Made by a program: the position numbers and the translations under genes. Positions 52,365 through 64,000 of a stretch of DNA of 64,000 nucleotides are shown here, one piece after another. The DNA lies in the NCBI GenBank assembly GCA_964187785.1, contig OZ076413.1:47556001-47620000 (forward strand), written 5' to 3'. Under the pieces are notes generated by a model. It was given only the letters and a program-made list of their open reading frames with translations. It ran no database searches and was not told the DNA's origin. The DNA comes from Amphiscolops sp. MND2022 (lineage: Eukaryota). Numbering within the stretch: position 1 is the stretch's first letter; each line of letters begins with the position of its first letter.

Positions 52365-53961
52365 TAGAAAGAAAGTCCGAGGTAAAACAGTGAATTAGGT
52401 TTTATTCGGAAAATAGGATTTTGTACGTTGTATCGTAAACAGGTATATCAAACTAAACTTGGAGAAGCAAAATACAATTGTGTCCCTCTCGGAAAAATAC
52501 CAATATATATACCCCTGAGAGGGTGACACTCACATTCCTTTTTAACAATCTATTTACAAATACCATAAAGGGCACATGACTATGGCGGGTGACCACTAAC
52601 ATTCATTCATTTTTAGCGGCGTCAACTGCATCAAAGCACTTTAGGAATTTGTCCCGTTAGGGTCAAAGGGCAATCATACCTAATTCATTCGCAGCAACAT
52701 CATTTAAAGTTTACATAAAATATGGAATGCACTCAAATGCATTTTCTAACTGCAAATACTATCATCAAAGGGGAGCGGAGGAATTTAGCCTTATTATATT
52801 AGGCAAACAACACTTTGACCAAACATCAAAACTAATACTTTCAAATTGTTTACAGTGAGAGGAATGTAAACTATTTAGCGGCACGTGCCTACACACGTGC
52901 GTAGAATCAACAAAACAAAGACACAGTTTCATGCAATAGAAATGAACATAATATAGCAATATGGCCGAATACGGCCATTGGACTTGGGAGCTGGCCAATA
53001 GTGAAGGCCGGAATAGGACAGGTGACGGGTATTTGGATTGCTACTACTGGTCGTTATTATTGCACTAATTGGATTTAAAAAGCTCATTAACATCTTCAAG
53101 TATATAAATATAATCTTACATGACTGTAAAACAAACTCATTCATGCTTAAAAGCATCTCTAATAATAATAAGCAAAATGGCCTAAACCGGCCATTTGCCT
53201 TTTGTCCTGCATTACCAATCTAATATAACGTCAAGTGGCCATATACGGCCAATCAATTAAAAACGTGTACAGCGCTTTTACACAATCTGGCCTGAATAGG
53301 CTAATTCCCCCGTATTAAGTGAACATTATTAAAATACTGGTCAAACGGCCTTAACCGTCTGAAAGAGCTAAGACTGGGGTGTAGTTAGTTAATACTGCAC
53401 TAGAGGGGTTATTCAGCCTAAGAGTACAAGCACATGAATCCTGGTTAAGTATGAGAATAATTAGCATCACAATTGCGCTTTATGTGAAATGGCCGGAACC
53501 GGCCGTTTGACTGAATATTTATTAAAACTAGCGAAGTTATGTCCACAGGCCGTATTCGGCCAATAATGAATGGAAGTATTAACTGCGTAGCAAATGGAGT
53601 AATTTGATTGGACAAGGCCGCGTGCTCAAGTGACGTATCTGGTACGGGATTTTATCAATAGCAACTATAATTAAAACAATTAGCAATGCTTCTTCTAACA
53701 CCTTTTATCATTGCATCTGACGTATTAAGACAGCTTCAAGTACTTTCCAAGAAAATAAACAGCACTACTGATTAAATAGCACAGATTACTTGATGAAAGC
53801 TAAATAGGCGGGAACCGGCCATTGGACCAGCGTCCGCGAGCATAGTGGTTAGATTAAGGCAAGCGGCCATAACCGGCCAAATATTGTATTGCTGAGAGAC
53901 AATACTAATACTAGCTATACTGCACTGTGATTGGTTAATTTGCAGGAGGCAGCCTGCGACA
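51770..53961 (-). repeat. 5' LTR (2192 bp)
   Basis: Direct repeat of 45817-48008. TATA ~52503-52511, AATAAA 52401-06, gag ATG 52364. Confidence 0.95.
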
Positions 53962-54108
53962 CGCCAAGTACAAACATTGAGGCATGGCCATATGGCACGT
54001 CTCTCTGCTTCGCTTCGCTCCTGCATTTAGGGCACTAGGGTTATGTGAACATAGCTGACTATGTTATGGTAAAAATAATCAATAATTAACAACCAAAGTC
54101 AGTTCAAT

Positions 54109-54216
54109 GGATGTGGGACGAAATCTGTCAAAAATGGGACGAAATCTGTCTGGGACGAAATCTGTCTGGGACGAAATCTGTCAAAACTCCACGTGGGACG
54201 AAATCTGTCATCATCC
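54109..54216. repeat. Mini tandem array (GGGACGAAATCTGTC) x5 bounded by GGATG...CATCC
   Basis: Five copies within short inverted ends; MITE-like. Confidence 0.75.
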
Positions 54217-55200
54217 TCGACTACTTTCTCACCGGAACCATCTAATTTTGTGCAGATTTATTTATACATTCTTTCTAGCGATAGCGAGACACTAGTACGA
54301 AAATAAATTTTGGTTAATTTGATTAATTTTTATATTTTCACAATCGCTTTTTCCTATGTGCCCCTAATTCCTTCATGATCGATCTCGGATGAAGCAGAAG
54401 TTGCCCTTAAAGGTGCGCATGGTTGCTTCGAACCAATTCAAGCTGAGGTTATATATAGACACTATCCTCGACAGTACACCGAGAAGTCGAAAAATTGACA
54501 AAATTTTGGCAAATTTTTTCAAAGCTTCATTTCTCCACAAATAATAGCCGCAGCTCATAACTGAACTCATAACTGAAGCTTCATTGAAAAAAACTTCTAT
54601 ATGCGTTTTCAATGGTGGCAAACTGTGTTACTATAGTGGGACAGTAACTGTACGATTTTTGGAATTACGGTAGCTTTAACAATACATAAGATTGCTCCAC
54701 TACCACTCAATTAAACCCGTAGGTACCATGCACGAGACAAGGACTGGCTGAGTATCTACATAAATTTATATTAACTTCAACCGCAAAGAAGAATCAATAC
54801 AATTGAAGACGGTGGGAGTAAGTGTGACTAAGAAATCACGTTCTTTGACTATCTTTGCTATCAGGTCGCTTTCTCGGGGGTTTGTCTCGCTACTCTTAGG
54901 CTGTTAAAAATACGAGGGGTCTTTTCGCGAATGAAAAGAGCAGTTTGAACATCAATTAATACAAAATAATAAAATAAGACAATTAATAGACACAAACACA
55001 ATTTCACAATCACGAATAATAGAATGTACTATGAGGTAACATCGATAAATACGGTGAATATTACGGCTAATACTAGAAGGCATATAACACAGACAATTAA
55101 TAAGCAGGGTTCTAGCAAGGTGTTGATTTTGGTTATCCGTGAGGATAGGGAGTGATATCAGTAATATATCGAATAAAGCAACTCGCCGCAAATCTCTATC

Positions 55201-55575
55201 GGTCTTGGAGTGAAAGCAATTGTATCCTAACGACGGTCTTGGAGTCCAACACCTCACGCACGATTAAGAGTACAAGAATGTTCAACGACGGTCTTGGATT
55301 CTCACCTCACGCACGATTGAACAGGGTTCGAGAACGGGTGCCACAACGGAGGTCTTGGAGTCACCTCACTCGCGATTGCAACGGTTTGTTCCAACGACGG
55401 TCTTGGAGTCTCACCTCACGCACGATTGGAACGCTTCAACGAAGGTCTTGGCGTTCCACCTCACTCACGATTGAAGCTAAGGATTTTGAAGAAGGTCTTG
55501 GAGTTCCACCTCACTTACGGCAAAATCCTGTTCCGAAGTTATCTCAACACAAGGTCTTGGAGTTCCACCTCACTT
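55201..55575. repeat. Repeat/unique-spacer array in 3' LTR of gag-only element (8 units)
   Basis: Approximate consensus AACGAMGGTCTTGGAGTYYCACCTCACKCACGATT. GGTCTTGG cores at 55201, 55235, 55290, 55351, 55399, 55444, 55494, 55553. Confidence 0.9.
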
Positions 55576-57827
55576 GTAGCTGCAGATAAAAATCGTCGAC
55601 ACAACAATAAGTCAAACTGTTCTCTAGGTTGTAACTCACGGTGTGTGTCTCTGAATTGACACACACTTCGGCCAAAGTTACTTCTTCGGCACTTTAGTCA
55701 TTTACGTATCCGTAATTTGTCATCTTTCCTCTTTGGGGGCCTGACTAAGTGTTGAGCAAATCAGTTTTCCTTACTTCGGTACTGAAGATTCGTCAAAAGT
55801 ACATTTTCTCATCACGAGTGGGTCCTAGTTCCACCTCCTTGTCAATCATGACTGGTGGTTTTACTTCGTTTTCAATAGAATTTAAGGGGCGGTGTTACTG
55901 ACTCAGTTTTTTCCACTTTTGTAAGCACGACTAGAACTTCGGCTTACTGATTGACATTTGCACTTTTTGCCAGGTCTATTTTTCCCACAAGGTTCCTGAC
56001 AACTCTCTCCAGCTAAATCTGGCTGAAGGAAAGAGTTTTCTACAATTTACAATGACCTAAAAGGTGAATTTATTTTATGTCCTGAAAAGTCGATTTTCGT
56101 GTTACACCTTCTGAGGGCAAAAACTAGGTGTTTTGATTACCGGGGGTCAGAACCTGGTACAACAATTGAAAGAACAATTCAAGGGCTACAAAAGCTTACC
56201 TCATGGTTTTCTTTCTATTTCAACTCCTTCATGGTGAAAAACGCCTTTAAAGTTTGGTAGTCAAAAATCACCCGTCGGTTTTCACGCAAATCTCAACTTT
56301 GGAGTGCTAGTACTCAGTCAATTTGAAAGATAGAGGCTGGGGGCTTATATACAACGTTAGCCCAAGTCATTAGAAGTATTTTGCATTTTAGATGAGGTCT
56401 CTGTCTTTTCTCAACAAAATTTGATAGTACTTTTTCTGAAAGTAGTCAATTTCCCGATTTTTATGTCTGGACTTTCAACTTTGGAGGCCATTATCTCAAA
56501 ACTAGGGCCTTTTTCGGAAAAACGCTTCTCCTAAACGTTGTGCGCCTGGGTTTTGTGCGTCTACCCTGAAAGTTTCAGCTCGATATCGCCCAAAACGTGC
56601 GGCGGGGGGGTTAGCATTTTGGTAGGTCGACATCCCTATCGGTAGAAAGAAATCACAACTGTAAATTCTTGGGGGTTCTTCGCTAGCGTGCCGCAGCACT
56701 CTATTTATTATTCTATTCACTCCTCCACTTCAATTGTCAAGTACGCTGTGAAGGGGGCGGCTATTGTGCGCTTACTCGTTGAGTACTAAGCGATAACATG
56801 CGAAAAACGGCTTTTTAGGTCATTCTAGGGCTGTTTTTAACGTTTGTTGGCTCAGTTCTCAGAAACTACTGAATATTATTTATTTTCCATTTAACACAAG
56901 TTAGGGCATTCATTTATCTTTAACTTAGGCCATTTTCAAACCTTTTCTGACAACTGTAGCGATCACACGAAGATTTTAAAGGAAACTCATTTTTGGAAAA
57001 TCGTCAAAATTTTATACGCACTTATTTTCAAAGCTTCCCCAAAATATGTTCTCGTCCTTGCACGGGGCTCATATTCTCAACTTAAGCTTTCCTTTGGACG
57101 GGATGTCGAATGCTGAAAACCGTTTGTTGATATCTTTTTCCAACTTTGAGAAATCGCGTTTTGATTTTTAGTTTGCATTAAGAGAGGGGGTAATTCCAAA
57201 GTGTGCGGCGGCCGTTTTCTTATTAGCTACGCGTACAGCCACTCACAGCACGTTCTAATTTTCATTCCTTTCACTTTCTGCCACGCGTAGTTGAGTTGTA
57301 TTCTATGCTGTTCACGGACACAGCGGAGTTTTCACTCTCGCTTACCCTCAAACACATGTATTAACATAGTAATTTGACTAAATTTCTATTCACAGTATTT
57401 TATGACTTCTAATGCTTTTTCTGTGGAAATTCGTTCCTGAAAAGTTCTTAAATGTTTACTCAACACGTAGTCAGGTCAAAAAGGAACATTTTGGTGGTTT
57501 AATTTTTCTTATATTCGCAATAGGTTTTGAGAAATTCAATGTTAAAGTTTCGTTCCGACTAGAATTTTCATACATAGTTCCGAGTGGTGGCGGCCGTATT
57601 ACTGCATTAATACTATGCGCGGTCGCTTCATTGTAGCTAAGAATGGTTATTTTGGTTGTCAACGGGACGGAATACAATAGTATTGACATTAAACAATAAG
57701 GCGAGGTACTTAAAGTACTTACTGTTATCTTAACTTTTATAGATATCACACCCGGATCATCTACCTTGCTGAAGGCATAAAATTTAATAAACACCATCTT
57801 TCAGGCAAAAAAGTCAAAAATCCTACA

Positions 57828-57840
57828 TTCCCCCCCACTT
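57828..57840 (-). promoter_or_regulatory. Polypurine tract
   Basis: AAGTGGGGGGGAA immediately before the TGTAGG of the 3' LTR. Confidence 0.8.
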
Positions 57841-58417
57841 GGACTACTACTCTCCTGAGTAGTTGGTTTATTCAAATTTTATTCTCATACTAGGGAGGTT
57901 TTAATTGGTTAATTCGCTATCCAGTCAGGTTGTAATTTTAGCCTCGTTTTATCAACTCATTTTGTTATTTTGTAAACAAGTGCTTGAAATACAATACTAA
58001 ATCACTTCACTTTCTATTAATATCCATTTAATTAATTATAAGCTTACTATAACACCTTAAGCTCTCCAATTCCATCGAGAAAAAAATATTTTTTAATTTA
58101 CTGGAGAATGTTTTGAGCACTTGAGTTACTCTATATTACTTTACTCCTATTTTCATTTTTTTTCCAAGCAAGGAGAAAATATAGTTTTCGAGCTTTTCAT
58201 TGGGGCAAAAAAACACAGGGGGGGTAAATTTGTTTGATTTGGATACAAGTTATTAATGTGAAAAATTTCATCTCACGTATGGGGTACTGTACTAGCGGTG
58301 GAAGGCTTTTTTCACACATCTGGTTCCCGTGTTTCAGCTTATGGTCATCATGTCGTCTTTTGGCCACTATTGAAGATCATCTACGGCTCCGATGCTGTCC
58401 TGATTCACGAATTGTTG

Positions 58418-59680
58418 TTATTTTGACTTGGTTCTGTTCGGGCACTGTCGAGCGTAGTGGCCATATGATTTGCAATGAAAGCATTCTGCTTCTTCAGGCG
58501 GGGGTTGGGTTATTTTTACATTTTGAGACTGCCCACCAGCCGACTGTTGCGAACTTCCCGCCGCTCCTACCATCGCAGATGACATGTCTTTTATACTTTG
58601 CACGAGGGTTTCAATTTGGCTGGTTGTTGAGTTGGCTAGTTTCGAGATTTGTTCAGTCTGCTTGGAGATGTGTTGACAAATTGAATTTTCGAAACGATCA
58701 AAACGACTTGCCACATTGGTTAACGAGGTTTCTATAGCTGCAAATTTTTCTTCAATTTGGTTATTGTTTGAATAGCCAGCTCTTACTGTATCGGAATACT
58801 CGAGATCATTTTGTGAGTAGCGGAGTTTATCGAATTTCCGGTCTTTTCTCGATTCTTGAGTCTTGTGGATTATTTCGAGTTCCTGTGCACGTTGCAAAGT
58901 TTCACCGAAGTCACGGTCACGCTCGTCTTCATACAAATTGATTTGCACCCGCGAATCAAAAAGTCCTTCGATAAATTGATCTCTCATGTCGCGTTCTCTT
59001 TCCCGGAGGGGTTTCTCAGGAAAGGCTATATCGGCGAGGTGACGTACTCTTCTCGAGAATTCTCTTAGGTTCTCATTTTCCCATTGTTTAACGGCTTTAA
59101 ATTCGGCCCGCGTGGCTCGCTGACTGCGATACTGTTGCATTTTGGGTTTAAGAACGTCAAGAAGTTCGTCAAACCGCGGCGAATAACAACCTGGTTCTTT
59201 TTCGATATACCTTCGGGGGATAGTTTCGAATTCTTCAATGGCCCATGATGTTAAACAAGTAGGCATTGCTGCAATTTTTTGACCATCGTTCCATCCATTG
59301 GCTTTAGCAACTGCCTTGAAGTGTTTTATCCAATTTTCCCAGCGGTTATAGTCCTTACTAGGGAATTTTTCAGGTTTTATTGGTGATTTTTCACACAGTG
59401 GCTTTTGTCTTCTTTTGGATTCATTTTCAAGAACCAGGGAGTCGTCCGAATCTAGTTCTTCTTCGATTTTAAATCGTTTTATGTCTTTTTCCATTTCTTT
59501 CATTCGCTTATAGGCAGTTTGTTTACGCTCCTTCGCCGCGTCGGCCAATCCTACGAAGGAAAGTTTAGTGGACTTACTAAGGAGTGATTTACTACCACCT
59601 GTGACGGGGGTGTGGGTGCCGTTGGGATCTTCTTCAGTGACGGGGGAAATCTGCTGCTCGGGTTCCTCGTCTGCAGACGT
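58418..59680 (-). CDS. gag: Gag with a C-terminal CCHC knuckle (start codon uncertain)
   Basis: IKPEKF...WENWIKHFKAVAKANGW, KQWENENLREF, RDQFIEGL capsid-type motifs; CFHCKSYGHYARQC. The frame stays open upstream of 59548 to an ACG at 59680. Confidence 0.88.
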   Translation of the reverse strand, partial: TSADEEPEQQISPVTEEDPNGTHTPVTGGSKSLLSKSTKLSFVGLADAAKERKQTAYKRMKEMEKDIKRFKIEEELDSDDSLVLENESKRRQKPLCEKSPIKPEKFPSKDYNRWENWIKHFKAVAKANGWNDGQKIAAMPTCLTSWAIEEFETIPRRYIEKEPGCYSPRFDELLDVLKPKMQQYRSQRATRAEFKAVKQWENENLREFSRRVRHLADIAFPEKPLRERERDMRDQFIEGLFDSRVQINLYEDERDRDFGETLQRAQELEIIHKTQESRKDRKFDKLRYSQNDLEYSDTVRAGYSNNNQIEEKFAAIETSLTNVASRFDRFENSICQHISKQTEQISKLANSTTSQIETLVQSIKDMSSAMVGAAGSSQQSAGGQSQNVKITQPPPEEAECFHCKSYGHYARQCPNRTKSK

Positions 59681-59773
59681 TCTGGGAAGGGTTCAGCAAC
59701 AGCGAAGGGTGAAGGGAAGAAGAGGGAAAGAAATAAGGGAAAGAAAGAGTAAATAGCAAAGACGCAAAGAGGG

Positions 59774-59790
59774 CCCACCCAGGAGCGCCA
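59774..59790 (-). promoter_or_regulatory. Primer-binding site, tRNA-Asn-like
   Basis: TGGCGCTCCTGGGTGGG, 1 nt from the LTR end. Close to the complement of the metazoan tRNA-Asn 3' end, as recalled (TGGCGTCCCTGGGTGGG). Confidence 0.8.
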
Positions 59791-60344
59791 ATGCAAGATT
59801 TTTGGAATTACGGTAGCTTTAACAATACATAAGATTGCTCCACTACCACTCAATCAAACCCGTAGGTACCATGCACGAGACAAGGACTGGCTGAGTATCT
59901 ACATAAACTTATACTAACTTCAACCGCAAAGAAGAATCAATACAATTGAAGACGGTGGGAGTAAGTGTGACTAAGAAATCACGTTCTTTGACTATCTTTG
60001 CTATCAGGTCTCTTTCTCGGGGGTTTTTCTCGCTACTCTTAGGCTGTTAAAAATACGAGGGGGTCTTTTCGCGAATGAAAAGAGCAGTTTGAACATCAAT
60101 TATTACAAAATAATAAAATAAGACAATTAATAGACACAAACACAATTTCACAACCACGAATAATAGAATGTACTATGAGGTAACATCGATAAATACGGTG
60201 AATATTACGGCTAATACTAGAAGGCATATAACACAGACAATTAATAAGCAGGGTTCTAGCAAGGTGTTGATTTTGGTTATCCGTGAGGATAGGGAGTGAT
60301 ATCAGTAATATATCGAATAAAGCAACTCGCCGCAAATCTCTATC

Positions 60345-60719
60345 GGTCTTGGAGTGGAAGCAATTGTATCCTAACGACGGTCTTGGAGTCCAACACCTCA
60401 CGCACGATTAAGAGTACAAGAATGTTCAACGACGGTCTTGGATTCTCACCTCACACACGATTGAACAGGGTTCGAGAACGGGTGCCACAACGGAGGTCTT
60501 GGAGTCACCTCACTCGCGATTGCAACGGTTTGTTCCAACGACGGTCTTGGAGTCTCACCTCACGCACGATTGGAACGCTTCAACGAAGGTCTTGGCGTTC
60601 CACTTCACTCACGATTGAAGCTAAGGATTTTGAAGAAGGTCTTGGAGTTCCACCTCACTTACGGCAAAATCCTGTTCCGAAGTTATCTCAACACAAGGTC
60701 TTGGAGTTCCACCTCACTT
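60345..60719. repeat. Second copy of the repeat/spacer array in the 5' LTR
   Basis: Near-identical to 55201-55575. Confidence 0.9.
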
Positions 60720-63700
60720 GTAGCTGCAGATAAAAATCGTCGACACAACAATAAGTCAAACTGTTCTCTAGGTTGTAACTCACGGTGTGTGTCTCTGAAT
60801 TGACACACACTTCGGCCAAAGTTACTTCTTCGGCACTTTAGTCATTTACGTATCCGTAATTTGTCATCTTTCCTCTTTGGGGGCCTGACTAAGTGTTGAG
60901 CAAATCAGTTTTCCTTACTTCGGTACTGAAGATTCGTCAAAAGTACATTTTCTCATCACGAGTGGGTCCTAGTTCCACCTCCTTGTCAATCATGACTGGT
61001 GGTTTTACTTCGTTTTCAATAGAATTTAAGGGGCGGTGTTACTGACTCAGTTTTTCCCACTTTTGTAAGCACGACTAGAACTTCGGCTTACTGATTGACA
61101 TTTGCACTTTTTGCCAGGTCTATTTTTCCCACAAGGTTCCTGACAACTCTCTCCAGCTAAATCTGGCTGAAGGAAAGAGTTTTCTACAATTTACAATGAC
61201 CTAAAAGGTGAATTTATTTTATGTCCTGAAAAGTCGATTTTCGTGTTACACATTCTGAGGGCAAAAACTAGGTGTTTTGATCACCGGGAGTCAGAACCTG
61301 TTACATCAATTGAAAGTACAATTCAAGGGCTACAAAAGTTTACTCTATGGTTTTCTTTCTATTCCAACTCCTTCATAGTGAAAAATGCCTTTAAAGTTTG
61401 GTAGTCAAAAATCACCCGTCGGTTTTCACGAAAATCTCAACTTTGGAGTGCTAGTACTCAATCAATTCGAAAGATACAGGCTAGGGGCTTATATACAACG
61501 TTAGCCCAAGCCATTAGGAGTATTTTGCACTTTAGATAAGGTCTCTATCTTTTCTCAACAAAATTTGATAATACTTTTTCTGAAAGTAGTCATTTTCCCG
61601 ATTTTTATGTCTGGACTTTCAACTTTGGAGGCCAATATCTCAAAACTAGGGCGTTTTTCGGAAAAACGCTTCTCCTAAACGTTGTGCGCCTGGGTCTTGT
61701 GCGTCTACCCTGAAAGTTTCAGCTCGATATCGCCCAAAACGTGCGGCGGGGGGGGGGGTTAGCATTTTGGTAGGTCGACATCCCTATCGGTAGAAAGAAA
61801 TCACAACTTTAAATTCTTGGGGGTTCTTCGCTAGCGTGCCGCAGCACTCTATTTATTATTCTATTCACTCCTCCACTTCAATTCTCAAGTACGCTGTGAA
61901 GGGGGCGGCTATTGTGCGCTTACTCGTTGAGTACTAAGCGATAACATGCGAAAAACGGCTTTTTAGGTCATTTTAGGGCTGTTTTTAACGTTTGTTGGCT
62001 CAGTTCTCAGAAACTACTGAATGTTATTTATTTTCCATTTAACACAAGTTAGGGCATTCATTTATCTTTAATTTAGGCCATTTTCAAACCTTTTCTGACA
62101 ACTGTAGCGATCACACGAAGATTTTAAAGGAAACTCATTTTTGGAAAATCGTCAAAATTTTATACGCACTTATTTTCAAAGCTTCCCCCCAATATGTTCT
62201 CGTCATTGCACGGGGCTCATATTCTCAACTTAAGCTCTCCTTTGGACGGGCTGCTTAAGCTCTCCTTTGGACGGGCTGTCGAATGCTGAAAACCGTTTGT
62301 TGATATCTTTTTCCAACTTCGAGAAATCGCGTTTTGATTTTTAGTTTGCATTAAGAGAGGGGGTAATTCCAAAGTGTGCGGCGGCCGTTTTCTTATTAGC
62401 TACGCGTACAGCCACTCACAGCACGTTCTAATTTTCATTCCTTTCGCTTTCTGCCACGCGTAGCTGAGTTGTATTCTATGCTGTTCACGCACACAGCGGA
62501 GTTTTCACTCTCGCTTACCCTCAAACACATGTATTAACATAGTAATTTGACTAAATTTCTATTCACAGTATTTTATGACTTCTAATGCTTTTTCTGTGGA
62601 AATTCGTTCCTGAAAAGTTCTTAAATGTTTACTCAACACGTAGTCAGGTCAGAAAGGAACATTTTGGTGGTTTAATTTTTCTTATATTCGCAATAGGTAT
62701 TGAGAAATTCAATGTTAAAGTTTCGTTCCGAATAGAATTTTCATACATAGTTCCGAGTGGTGGCGGCCGTATTACTGCATTAATACGTTGCGCGGTCGCT
62801 TCATTGTAGCTAAGAATGGTTATTTTGGTTGTCAACGGGACGGAATACAATAGTATTGACATTAAACAATAAGGCGAGGTACTTAAAGTACTTACTGTTA
62901 TCTTAACTTTTATAGATATCACACCCGGATCATCTACCTTGCTGAAGGCATAAAATTTAATAAACACCATCTTTCAGGCGAAAAAGTCAAAAATCCTACA
63001 GTAACTTAGCAAGCATTTGCTCAGTTATTGAGAAAAAAACGAATTTTCTGAAATGTATTTTTTTTGCAATTTTTCACTTTTATCAGTTACTTTTTTTGCA
63101 AGTGGCTCGGAAAAAAATCTATTTTGACACAGATATCAATTCACACCAGATAGTCCAATCGATTGTCGATAAGAAAGACAATTTTTCGTTTTCCTCTATG
63201 CTTTTTGCGTGTCGTAATTTATTATTGATTGCGAAAAAAATCGCTGTCTTCATTTGAGGACGAAATCACTGTCGAGGCTATAGACCTTATAAAGCTATTT
63301 GAAGTTTTGTAGTGTCTATATTTATCTTAAATACCAGCGGACACAAAAATAATCCATTTACTAATTTTTAGCTTCAACTTTAGATCATACACTCCGAGGC
63401 CGTTATTCTGATGACTTTTTTGTGATTTGATGCAGTTTATCACCAGTATTGGTATTGGTTATTTACAGAAATTTATAGTAAAAGGAAAGTAATACAATGG
63501 TCATTTACAAAAACATGAAAGTCATAGCAAGACCTTTAAACGTATTTCAATTAGGCAACTACTTGTCAGGTCAGCCCAGGGCCTCCTAAATTCACACCAT
63601 GAACTGCTACTTAGCGCCCCAAGTTTTGGTCCAAATTTTGTAAATGAAGTTCATATGTTGACAACGCGTTTTTAGTATTACGTCAAACAATAATTGCGTT

Positions 63701-64000
63701 TTTGGCATCATCTGTTGATTATGTATTTGACAAATTGGCCGATTACTTTTCGAACGTAAGCAAAAAACTATTTTTGGTTCACTTTCTTTTGTTTTCATTT
63801 AGTTTCTGTAGATACCTTTCAAAGACATCTTCGAGAAATATACTCCGTCACTTCATTCAAAAATTTTAAATGTTTTACAAAGAAGAAGTTTGAGTTCAAC
63901 AATGAGATACATACTCGTTTGAGGGGTCACCATTGTTCATAAATGCTAGCCATGATAACTTTTACGACTGTCGTATGAACATTTTTTTAAAAATTGTTCT

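Larger units (their letters stand above)
45817..53961 (-). mobile_element. Young Gypsy-like LTR retrotransposon with internal pol deletion
   Basis: 2192-bp LTRs (51770-53961, 45817-48008), TGTCG...CGACA. TSD CGCCA at 45812-16 and 53962-66. About 6 LTR differences by eye. PBS TGGTGACAGGAG abuts the 5' LTR. Confidence 0.95.
54649..63000 (-). mobile_element. Gag-only LTR retroelement with ~3.2-kb LTRs
   Basis: LTRs 59792-63000 and 54649-57827, TG...CA. TSD GTAAC at 54644-48 and 63001-05. PBS and PPT present. The ~1.96-kb interior has one ORF and no pol motifs. Confidence 0.93.

Noticed and set aside
55250..55572. let-7-type seed sites (ACCTCA) in the repeat
   Set aside because: The sequence is CACCTCA, not the TACCTC seed match.
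55201..55575. Bona fide CRISPR array
   Set aside because: No cas genes, eukaryotic LTR context, degenerate repeats, and short, uneven spacers. Reported as a CRISPR-like repeat only.
55152..55589. 145-aa ORF over the array (and its copy 60296-60733)
   Set aside because: Non-ATG start, antisense to the element, and repeats fall in shifting frames. Likely a by-product of the repeat.
57471..57797. 108-aa ORF at the start of the gag-only LTR (copy at 62644-62970)
   Set aside because: No motif, and conservation between copies is explained by LTR identity.

Overview
AT-rich, repeat-dense eukaryotic (invertebrate-like) genomic DNA with a 200-N scaffold gap at 24154-24353. It holds four LTR retrotransposon insertions with termini and 5-bp target-site duplications (TSDs) readable by eye: (1) a full-length, mutated BEL/Pao element (+, 3977-12882); (2) a 2.1-kb solo LTR (-, 21888-23986); (3) a very young Gypsy-like element with 2192-bp LTRs, intact Gag and an in-frame Pol deletion (-, 45817-53961); (4) a gag-only element with ~3.2-kb LTRs (-, 54649-63000). 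It also contains a decayed Tc3-like DD34E transposase, several MITE/HINE-type repeats, two long hairpins, and two tandem paralogous multi-exon host genes for Cys-rich single-pass membrane proteins with PPSY tails. The most unusual signal is in the three giant minus-strand LTR families. Each carries a motif/unique-spacer array: GGCC-N8-GGCC every ~197 bp, GGCC-N6-GGCC every ~58 bp, or a CRISPR-like ~35-bp repeat resembling a tRNA T-arm. Two of these families also encode the first ~120-200 codons of Gag inside the LTR. All alignments and counts were done by eye; no searches were run.
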